This document shows, piece by piece, positions 1 to 7,528 of a stretch of 64,000 nucleotides of DNA (its first letter is position 1; the number at the start of each line of letters is the position of its first letter). Below the pieces are notes generated by a model that did no database searches, was not told the DNA's origin, and saw only the letters and a list, made by a program, of their open reading frames with translations. The position numbers were made by a program, and so were the translations under genes. Origin of the DNA: an uncultured Verrucomicrobiae bacterium (GTDB lineage: Bacteria > Verrucomicrobiota > Verrucomicrobiia > Chthoniobacterales > Terrimicrobiaceae); contig CAVXQK010000012.1 of the NCBI GenBank assembly GCA_963763735.1, positions 14,803 to 78,802 on the forward strand, in the 5' to 3' direction.

Positions 1-1050
1 ACGGTGGATCACTTCATCGAACAGCCGCGCCTTTCGCTCGCGGACCGGAAGCGCTTATGGCAGGAAAACTGTCCCGGGTTTGCCGGCTGGGATGTGGCGG
101 AGCAGCGGCGGCTGGCCGGCAGTTACCGTCTGCACGCCGGCCACATCGTCGCGATCGGCACGCGCGGGGCGGCCACGGCGGGCGAGGCCGCAGAGCTGGC
201 TCGTGAAGCCACCCGCAGCGATCTCGGCGAGCTGGGCCAGCTCCTGCGGTGCAGTTTTCGCTGGGACGATATCGTGCTCAAGCCACAGGCCCTCGCGGCA
301 CTCCGCGATCTTGCCTACGAGGCGCAGGAGCGCGCGGAGTTCTGGGAGAACCCGGAGGCCCGGCGTCTCTTCCCACGCGGCACCGGCCTCAGCGCGCTCT
401 TTACCGGAGATCCCGGCGGCGGCAAGACCATGGCGGCGCAAATCATCGCTGCCGCTCTGGAGCTCGACCTCTACCGCATCGACCTCGCGCGAGTCGTCAG
501 CAAATACATCGGCGAGACCGCCAAACACCTGCGAGAAGTCTTCACGCGGGCTGCCGAGATGTCGGCGATTCTGCTCTTCGACGAAGCGGACGCACTGTTC
601 ACGAAGCGCACCGACGTCCGCGACTCCCACGACCGCTACGCGAATGCGGACACGAGCTACCTGCTTCAACTCATCGAGGAGTATCGCGGCCTGGCCATTC
701 TCACGACGAACAAGCGCGGCAATGTGGACCCCGCGTTCTTTCGCCGCCTGCGTTACGTCTTCGACTTTCCCAAGCCCGGCCCCGAGGAGCGGCGGCAAAT
801 CTGGCGACGCATCATGACCGGACTGCTGGGAGACGAAACGGCCGGGCGGCTCGAACCGGCTTCAGCCCTGCTCGCGCGGCAGGTGGAAGCCTCAGCGGCG
901 CAGATCAAAAACGCGCTGCTCGCCAGCATTTTCATCGCGCGGCGGAATGGCTGCGAGGTGCAACCGAGCCACCTCGTGCTGGGGTTGGACCGCGAGCTGG
1001 CCAAGGAAGGGCGCTCCTCCGGCCAGCATGTGCGCAACGAGCTTTACTGA
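1..1050 (+). CDS. AAA+ ATPase typical of contractile-injection-system loci (Afp15/Pvc15-like); 5' end probably outside the window
   Basis: Frame is open from base 1. Walker A GDPGGGKT, Walker B LLFDEAD, AAA core 'SKYIGETAKHLREVF'. Lies directly upstream of tail/baseplate genes. Confidence 0.85.
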   Translation, partial: TVDHFIEQPRLSLADRKRLWQENCPGFAGWDVAEQRRLAGSYRLHAGHIVAIGTRGAATAGEAAELAREATRSDLGELGQLLRCSFRWDDIVLKPQALAALRDLAYEAQERAEFWENPEARRLFPRGTGLSALFTGDPGGGKTMAAQIIAAALELDLYRIDLARVVSKYIGETAKHLREVFTRAAEMSAILLFDEADALFTKRTDVRDSHDRYANADTSYLLQLIEEYRGLAILTTNKRGNVDPAFFRRLRYVFDFPKPGPEERRQIWRRIMTGLLGDETAGRLEPASALLARQVEASAAQIKNALLASIFIARRNGCEVQPSHLVLGLDRELAKEGRSSGQHVRNELY

Positions 1051-1054
1051 AATT

Positions 1055-1315
1055 ATGGAAAACTCTCCGCGATCCCCCGGTCTCAGAATCGGCCAGATGA
1101 GCCTCCGGGTTCCCGGCGGCGACGCCGGGGCCGGCCATCGCATTGCCCAACAAACCGGCGAGTTGCTGGCGGCCGGCTCCGCGGGTCTCGCGGGCCGGCA
1201 CCTCGGAGCGATGCGCCTGCGCGTGCCGGCGGCTCCCGGAGCCAGTGAGGCGGACATCGCCCGCGCGGTGAGTCGCGCCATCCTCGATCGCCTGAAATCC
1301 CCATCCGATGCCTGA
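1055..1315 (+). CDS. small hypothetical protein (86 aa) with two 'M-x-LRVP' half-repeats
   Basis: ATG lies 4 nt after the ATPase stop. Third codon positions are G/C-rich. Its stop overlaps the next start (ATGCCTGA), suggesting translational coupling. Confidence 0.45.
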   Translation: MENSPRSPGLRIGQMSLRVPGGDAGAGHRIAQQTGELLAAGSAGLAGRHLGAMRLRVPAAPGASEADIARAVSRAILDRLKSPSDA

Positions 1316-2006
1316 CACCGGCCTCGCCAACAGCCCGAACCTCGTGAAGGGCGCGATCGTGCAGCTCATCGAGGACATCATCGGCGTTTTGCCGAATGTC
1401 ATCCCGTTCCAATACAATCCCACGAAACTTTCCCACACGATCACCCCGTGGAATCCCTTCGAGGTGGACCAGACGCAGCGCGGCGCGCAGGCCCCGAACG
1501 TCCAGCCGTTCGAGCCGAAGCACAGCATCACTCTCGAGCTCGAGCTGGACGCCGCGGACGATCTGGAGGACGGCGATCCCGTCGCCTCGGTGTTCGGTGT
1601 CGCCGATCGCATGGCCGCGTTGAAGAAGCTCATCCTGCCGACGAAGGGCCTGCTCGGTGACCTGGTCGGGAGCGTGCAGGCCCTGGTTGGTGGCGCCAGC
1701 GCGCAGGCCAGCCGGCCGACGGTTCCGGTGGCATTTTTCGTCTGGGGACCGAGTCGCATTCTGCCCGTGCGCGTTAGCAGTTTTTCCGTCGAAGAGATGC
1801 TCTTCTCGCCCACGCTCCATCCCCTGCAGGCCACCGTCTCACTCGGCCTCGAAGTGCTTACGCCGGACGTTTTCAAATGCCAAAGCGGCATCAGCAGTGA
1901 TCTGGCGGTCGCGGCTTACAATTTAACCAAACTCCAGGAAGATGCGCTGGCCGTCGCCCACATTGCCAGGGCCGTCGATGCCGTAAAGGGCATTCTCCCC
2001 TTCTGA
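1308..2006 (+). CDS. CIS tube-fold protein, probable tube initiator (Afp7/Pvc7 N-domain-like)
   Basis: 'IPFQYNPTKLSHT' resembles the signature of contractile-tail tube-fold/initiator proteins. A separate LysM-like ORF follows. Confidence 0.55.
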   Translation: MPDTGLANSPNLVKGAIVQLIEDIIGVLPNVIPFQYNPTKLSHTITPWNPFEVDQTQRGAQAPNVQPFEPKHSITLELELDAADDLEDGDPVASVFGVADRMAALKKLILPTKGLLGDLVGSVQALVGGASAQASRPTVPVAFFVWGPSRILPVRVSSFSVEEMLFSPTLHPLQATVSLGLEVLTPDVFKCQSGISSDLAVAAYNLTKLQEDALAVAHIARAVDAVKGILPF

Positions 2007-2009
2007 CTC

Positions 2010-2291
2010 ATGGCCGAATTCAACAAAAAAAGCCGCTATGTCCGCTTCGCCTCCCTGTTCGAGGCGACCGACAGGCGCGGGCGCACCGTGCAATGTTTCA
2101 CACCGGCGGTCCCGCCAGCGCCCGCGCTGCTGGGCGAGCATCTGCTGCGGCAGGGGCAGCGGCTCGACCACCTGGCGTCCCACTACCTCGGCAACCCCGA
2201 AGGCTTCTGGCAGATCGCGGAGATCAACGACGCGGTTCTCCCCGATGCCGCGCTGGGCGGAGCCAGCCTGAAGATACCGCGCAAAAGCTGA
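2010..2291 (+). CDS. LysM-like / phage tail protein X-like small protein
   Basis: 'GQRLDHLASHYLGNPEGFWQIAEINDAV...SLKIP' matches the LysM/gpX-like pattern common in tail-like clusters. Confidence 0.6.
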   Translation: MAEFNKKSRYVRFASLFEATDRRGRTVQCFTPAVPPAPALLGEHLLRQGQRLDHLASHYLGNPEGFWQIAEINDAVLPDAALGGASLKIPRKS

Positions 2292-2297
2292 AATCCC

Positions 2298-3458
2298 ATG
2301 GGCCTTGGCGCCATCATCGCATCCGGAGAGGAGAACGAACTGCTCTCGAACGAACTATTCGACTGCATCACCGAGGTGCGGGTCGAGCAGACGCTCGATC
2401 AGCCGATTCGCTTCGCGATCCGTTTTCAGGAAGACCTTCAGGATGGCGAGCCGCGAGTCCGCCAGACGCCGGAGTTGCAAGCGGAACAGATCATCGCTAT
2501 CGCCGTGGAGACAAGGGACGAAATCAAGTGCCTGGTGCGGGGACCGATCACCGAGACGAAAGGCTCGACCACGCTGGGCGGCCCGGGCTCGTGGTACGAA
2601 GTGCGCGGCCAGGATCGCCGCATCGAGATGAGCCGTGTCTGCGCCCGCCGCGCCTGGATCGGCCGCGCTTCGGAAGTCGCCGAGTCGATCCTCTCTTCGC
2701 ACGCGTTTACGCCCGAGACCCAGGAGACGACGCGAGTGTACGAGGAAAGTACGGGCACACTCAACCAGCGCGGCAGCGACCTCGACTTTATCCGGCAGCT
2801 CGCGCGGACCAACAATCTCAGTTTCTGGGTCTCCTACCAGAGCCAGTCCGGCGGCCTGAACCCGCTGGGTCCCAGCTCTCTGACCATCGAGGAAATCGCC
2901 AATTTCACGTCGTCGCCTCCACGGCCCGAAGGTGGACTCGACGTGCCTCTCCCGCCGATTCCTCTCGTCGCGTCGACCGACGTCGCCTTTCGAGTCAATG
3001 TCGAACCGGGTCGCTGCCAGACGGTTTCGAGCTTCGACCTCAACGTCGACACGGAACGCGCGTCCCAATTCAGCGGGAGCGCGGTTGACGATCGGTCCGT
3101 GCGGACCGAGACCGCTTCGGCGGAGGACACGCAGCCGCCGATTTTTCAGGGTGGAGATCCGCTGCCCAGCCTCGCACCCTCCGAACGGATCGCGTGCCTC
3201 ACGGTGGCCGGGAACCAGGAGGAATTGCAGACCCGTTCCCAGGCGGCTCTGACGGACGCAGGCTGGTTCGTGACGGCCACGGCCCATACCACCGCGCACA
3301 TGCTGGAGGGGGTCGTCCAGCCGCACGACGTCGTGCCGGTCGAAGGTCTCGGCACGCGGGATAGCGGTGACTACCAGGTGAGCGCCGTGACCCACATCAT
3401 CAATTCGGCGGATCACCATATGGAGGTGCGGCTCCGCCGGAACTCATTGGGAAAGTAG
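2298..3458 (+). CDS. gpD / gp27-like baseplate hub (late control D / VgrG N-terminal-like)
   Basis: 'GSDLDFIRQLARTNNLSFWV' hub-type motif. 386 aa. Immediately precedes the gp5-like spike. Confidence 0.7.
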   Translation: MGLGAIIASGEENELLSNELFDCITEVRVEQTLDQPIRFAIRFQEDLQDGEPRVRQTPELQAEQIIAIAVETRDEIKCLVRGPITETKGSTTLGGPGSWYEVRGQDRRIEMSRVCARRAWIGRASEVAESILSSHAFTPETQETTRVYEESTGTLNQRGSDLDFIRQLARTNNLSFWVSYQSQSGGLNPLGPSSLTIEEIANFTSSPPRPEGGLDVPLPPIPLVASTDVAFRVNVEPGRCQTVSSFDLNVDTERASQFSGSAVDDRSVRTETASAEDTQPPIFQGGDPLPSLAPSERIACLTVAGNQEELQTRSQAALTDAGWFVTATAHTTAHMLEGVVQPHDVVPVEGLGTRDSGDYQVSAVTHIINSADHHMEVRLRRNSLGK

Positions 3459-4169
3459 ATGCTCATGGATGACGCAATGCTCAGTGGGGTGCTGGAGAGC
3501 ACCGCCAGTCACTTCTACGGAAAGTATCGCGGACTGGTGGTGGACAACGAAGATCCCACGCAACGCGCCCGGCTCCAGGTAACCGTCAACGCGGTAATGG
3601 GGGAGGAGCCCGTGTGGGCGATGCCGTGCCTGCCCTATGCCGGACCGGGGATGGGCACCTATCTCATCCCGGAAGTCGGCGCCGGCGTGTGGGTCGAATT
3701 CGAGGCCGGCGATCCTTCGTATCCGGTCTGGACGGGATGCTTCTGGGGCGACGGTCAGGCGCCCGAAAGCGAGCGCGGCCAGACCGCCTCGCCCACGCTG
3801 AAAGTCATCCGCTCGAAGGAGGGGCTGATGGTGACGATGGACGACACGAGCCAGGTCATCTCGGTCAGCGACCAGGATGGCTCCAACCTGCTCACGATCG
3901 AAGTGCAACGCGGACAGATCACGATCAAGGGCGCCACCAAAGCCGTCGTCGAAGCGCCCCAGATCGAGCTCGTCGAGAACGCCACTCACCCGGTCGTGTT
4001 CGGCGACGAGCTCCTGAACTACCTCACGCAGATCGTACAGATCTATCAGACCCATCTGCATCCCGGGGAGCTCGCAGCCGGATTCATCCCGGTCACGCCG
4101 GCGCCGCCGGTTCCGCCGATGCCGCCGCCGACCCCGGCGCTGCTTTCCACCCGGGTCAAGGCTGGCTGA
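3459..4169 (+). CDS. gp5/gpV-like central spike protein
   Basis: OB-fold signature 'YGKYRGLVVDNEDPTQRARLQVTV...GAGVWVEFEAGDPSYPVWTGCFW'. Pro-rich C-terminus. Confidence 0.85.
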   Translation: MLMDDAMLSGVLESTASHFYGKYRGLVVDNEDPTQRARLQVTVNAVMGEEPVWAMPCLPYAGPGMGTYLIPEVGAGVWVEFEAGDPSYPVWTGCFWGDGQAPESERGQTASPTLKVIRSKEGLMVTMDDTSQVISVSDQDGSNLLTIEVQRGQITIKGATKAVVEAPQIELVENATHPVVFGDELLNYLTQIVQIYQTHLHPGELAAGFIPVTPAPPVPPMPPPTPALLSTRVKAG

Positions 4170-4175
4170 AATCGC

Positions 4176-4517
4176 ATGCTTCATCCCGGAAAATTCAACG
4201 ACACTTCAGCCTCGACGATGGCGGGAGCGATCGAAGCGGCGTTCAAGAACCAATGGCAGCTTTTCAATCCCGACCTCCCGCTCCCGGATGAGGAGCAGCT
4301 CGTGCCGATGCGGCTTTTCTTCGTCGCGGTCGCGCAGGGTATCGTGCAACACCTCCGTGATAATCCGGATGCTTTCAAGCTTGCGGTAACGAACACCACC
4401 CACAGCCATTCCGGCGGGGCGCACGTTCATGGCGACGGCTCGCATTCCCATTCCGACGGCAGCCACTCGCACCCCGCCTCGATCGCCGAGATTTCCACCC
4501 AGCAAACCACCGCCTGA
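4176..4517 (+). CDS. His-rich hypothetical protein occupying the spike-tip (PAAR) gene slot
   Basis: 113 aa. C-terminal 'THSHSGGAHVHGDGSHSHSDGSHSHP'. No PAAR motif seen. Tightly packed between the spike and gp25 genes. Confidence 0.5.
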   Translation: MLHPGKFNDTSASTMAGAIEAAFKNQWQLFNPDLPLPDEEQLVPMRLFFVAVAQGIVQHLRDNPDAFKLAVTNTTHSHSGGAHVHGDGSHSHSDGSHSHPASIAEISTQQTTA

Positions 4518-4519
4518 GC

Positions 4520-4897
4520 ATGGCCTCCGCCGTTCAACGCATTCGTTTTCCTTTTGGCATCAATGGCAGTGTCGGCCGATTGCGACAGGAGCCCGACTAC
4601 GACGCCTACATTGTGCAGCTGATCAAACAGGTGATTTTCACCGGCGCGGGGGAGCGTATCAATCGCCCGCAGTTTGGCGCGGGCGTGCGGCGCCTGCTCT
4701 TCGCACCGAACTCGATCGGGACGGCCTCGCTTGCACAGACCGTGGTCTTTCAAGCCCTCAACACCTGGCTAGGAACTCTCATCCGCGTGGATCGCGTCGA
4801 AGTCGCGGCTGAGGCGGAGAAGCTCCTGATCGATGTGAGCTACACCATTCTCCAAAAGGGCGAGCAACGCTTTCTCAACCTCGAAGCCACCCTCTGA
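4520..4897 (+). CDS. GPW/gp25-family baseplate wedge protein
   Basis: 'YDAYIVQLIKQVIFTGAGERINRPQFGAGVRRLLF' is a typical gp25-like core. 125 aa. Confidence 0.85.
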   Translation: MASAVQRIRFPFGINGSVGRLRQEPDYDAYIVQLIKQVIFTGAGERINRPQFGAGVRRLLFAPNSIGTASLAQTVVFQALNTWLGTLIRVDRVEVAAEAEKLLIDVSYTILQKGEQRFLNLEATL

Positions 4898-4900
4898 TTC

Positions 4901-6475
4901 ATGCCCGGCACTGACAGGCTTACGGCTCTCTGCGAGCAGAATGCGCTCACGGGGATCGACTTCATCCAGATCGTCGACCCGGAGACGCAGACGCTGTTGA
5001 GAGTCTTCTTCCTCATCGATCCCGATCGTCTCGTTCTGCCGTGGATCGTCATTCCGCCGCTGCCCGCGCCGCAGGAGGCGCCGTTCAATACGGCCGCCAT
5101 TCGCATCGTGAGTGTCGGCGGGGGTGACTCTGTCGCCGAGGTCGACGCGACCGCCGCGCGGTTCGTCCGGGGTCTGTTTGCCGGTCAGGAGCGGGTGGTG
5201 CTCGAGATCGAGACGGCGCAGCCCGGCGACTTCTCGATCTACACGCTGCACATCGACTCGGACCAGCTCGATCCGTTCTTCAACGACATCGAGTTCAGCT
5301 TCAAGCAGGGGTGCCCGAGCCGGTTCGATTGCCGGCAAAAGGATCCGCCCTGTCCCGACGAGGCGCTGGTCGATTTTCCTGTCGACTACCTCGCGCGCGA
5401 TTTCACGAGTATCCGCCTGGCGTTGCTGGATTTCGCGGCGCAGCGATATCCCGGCTGGCGAGAGCGTCTGGAAGCGGACGCGGGCGTGATGCTGTCGGAG
5501 GTGATGGCGGCCCTCGGCGACGAGTTTGCCTACGTTCAGGATCGTCACGCGCGCGAATCCCACTTTGAAAGCGCGACGCAGCGTCGCTCGCTTCGCTGGC
5601 ACACTTCGCTCGTCGATTACCCGATCCACGACGGACTGTCCGCGACGACGCTCCTGTCGATCGAGGCGATCGATGGTGGCCATTTTATCAGTGCCGGTAT
5701 GCGCGTCTGGGGCAGCGCGGACGACGGGAGCGCGATCCCGTTTGAAATTGGAGAAGGTCTGCGGGATGTCCGTCGATTCTGGGCAAACGAGGCCTGGAAC
5801 GCGATCCCGGCCTATCTGCCCGATGGCTCGCAGCCGTGCCTTCCCATTGGCAGCACCGGGATGTTCCTGCTCGGCCACTTTCCCGAGGTGGCGCAGCAAC
5901 CCCTCCCGGCAGACGTGCAGGCGAACGATGATGACGGTGACTGGGTGGGACGGCTCCTCGTGCTGCGGTCGCTGCCGGATGATCCGTCCCTTCCGGAGCG
6001 GAATCACCTGGTCCGCGTCACCGAGGTGCAGCCGCTCGACGACGAGTTGCTGCTCACGAGCGGGGCGCCGACTCCCTATACGCGAATCGCTTGGGATGCC
6101 TCGGAAGCGTTGCCCTTCGAGCTGCATCTGCCGAGCACGGTCGCGCTCGCCAACATCGCTCCGGCCACGGCGGGGGAGACATTCACCGAATTTTTTGCCA
6201 TCGGGCGCAACGGCGCTTCGTCCGGGGATGCAACGCCCGCCGTCGAGCGCGAAGGCATTTGCAACGAGCTGACCGAGGAGCGCGCCGTTACGTTCCTCCA
6301 CTCCCTGGCCGCCACGGAGACACTCGGGCTCGGCTGGCGGGGCGAATTGCGCACGGCGGCGCCCGAAATCGAATTGCTCGAAGCCGACCCGGTCACCCGG
6401 CTTCCCATCTCGCCGGCTCGCGAATGGATTTTCTTTCCGAGTCTGCTCGATGCCGCCAGTCAGGAGCTTCGCATT
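4901..6475 (+). CDS. baseplate J-like protein, N-terminal portion (frame 2)
   Basis: Plausible protein sequence up to about nt 6470 ('...REWIFFPSLLDAASQ'). Beyond that the frame-2 translation becomes Arg/Pro-rich nonsense. Confidence 0.7.
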
Positions 6476-7457
6476 CACGCTGGAAAATGGAACGTGGAAA
6501 ACCATATTCGAAGTCGAGCGATTTGGCCGGTTTGTACGGCACGAGGACTACGCGAGCCAGTCCGGATTTACCGTGCGCTTTGGCGACGGGGAGTTCGGGA
6601 TGCCGCCGCCCGAGCAGACGGTTTTCCGGGTCCGCTACCGCACCGGGTCCGGAACCGTCGGCAACCTCCCCAAGGACACCGTCACGCTGATCGTCGATCC
6701 GAATCCCGCGATTCCACCGGCGCCCACGCTCGCCGGCATCGCCGACGGGGTGACGAACCCGTTTGCGATCACCACGGGCATCGATCCCGAGAGCGCGGAA
6801 TCCGTGAGGCAGCTCGCGCCCGAAGCCTTCCGGGCCGAGACGCTTCGCGCCGTGCGCGATGAGGACTACCGCGCCCATGCCGAGCGCATTCCCGGTGTCC
6901 AGCAGGCGGGCGCGAAGGCGCGCTGGACGGGAAGTTGGTTGTCCGAGTTTGTCACCGTCGATCCCGCGGGGGCGTTTTCGCTGAGCGGGGAATTGCGGGC
7001 GGAAGTGCAGCGGGTGCTGGACTGCGTCCGGCAGGTCGGCCGCGAGGTGTTCGTGCGCGATCCGCGTTATCTCAGCCTCGACCTCGAGATCGACATTTGC
7101 GTGCAGTCGTCGGCGTACCCGGGGCAGGTGCAGGAACGCGTCATCGAGGCGCTGGTGATTCGGCGGCCCGGTCTGTACGAGCGCAATCCGTTCTTTCACC
7201 CGGACAACTTTACCTTCGGAACGCCGCTCTACCGGGCAGCCCTCGAAGCCGCGGTGCAGGCCGTGCCGGGCGTGCGCGCGGTCGAGGAAATCCGTCTGCG
7301 CGCCCGCGGTGTCACCGACTGGAGGGTCTTCGAAGAAAACGTGTTCGTGGTGAGCGACGACCAGATTCTGCGATTGCAGAACGACCCGCGCTTTCCCGAT
7401 CGCGGCTCCCTGATGGTCCGGGTCCACCAGGGAATGACGAACACCGCCATGCCATGA
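6450..7457 (+). CDS. baseplate J-like protein, C-terminal portion (frame 3), continuation of the previous ORF after a +1 frame change
   Basis: 'FTLENGTWK...VRFGDGEFGMPP...YRTGSGTVGNL...ESVRQLAPEAFRAETLRAVRDEDYRAHAE' is a Baseplate_J-type signature. Frame 3 upstream of 6450 is nonsense. Confidence 0.7.
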   Translation: MPPVRSFAFTLENGTWKTIFEVERFGRFVRHEDYASQSGFTVRFGDGEFGMPPPEQTVFRVRYRTGSGTVGNLPKDTVTLIVDPNPAIPPAPTLAGIADGVTNPFAITTGIDPESAESVRQLAPEAFRAETLRAVRDEDYRAHAERIPGVQQAGAKARWTGSWLSEFVTVDPAGAFSLSGELRAEVQRVLDCVRQVGREVFVRDPRYLSLDLEIDICVQSSAYPGQVQERVIEALVIRRPGLYERNPFFHPDNFTFGTPLYRAALEAAVQAVPGVRAVEEIRLRARGVTDWRVFEENVFVVSDDQILRLQNDPRFPDRGSLMVRVHQGMTNTAMP

Positions 7458-7528
7458 AGCGCGAACGTTCCGCCTGCGCCGGCCCGCGACCCTGGGGCCT
7501 CATTAAAAATTTGCCAATCCGCTGAGCC

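Noticed and set aside
4176-4517. Checked whether the ORF after the spike is a PAAR protein.
   Set aside because: No PAAR-type motifs or Cys/His pattern typical of PAAR were seen. It is reported instead as a His-rich unknown.
4769-6505. Long antisense ORFs throughout the window: 4769-6505(-), 8261-9412(-), 10268-12184(-), 12780-15029(-), 24279-26342(-), 26376-28403(-), 31688-33325(+), 37069-38556(-), 51416-52735(-), 59633-60715(-).
   Set aside because: All lie opposite ORFs with recognisable family motifs. Their translations are Arg/Pro/Gly/Ala-rich with no motifs, the expected stop-codon-poor shadow ORFs of high-GC DNA.
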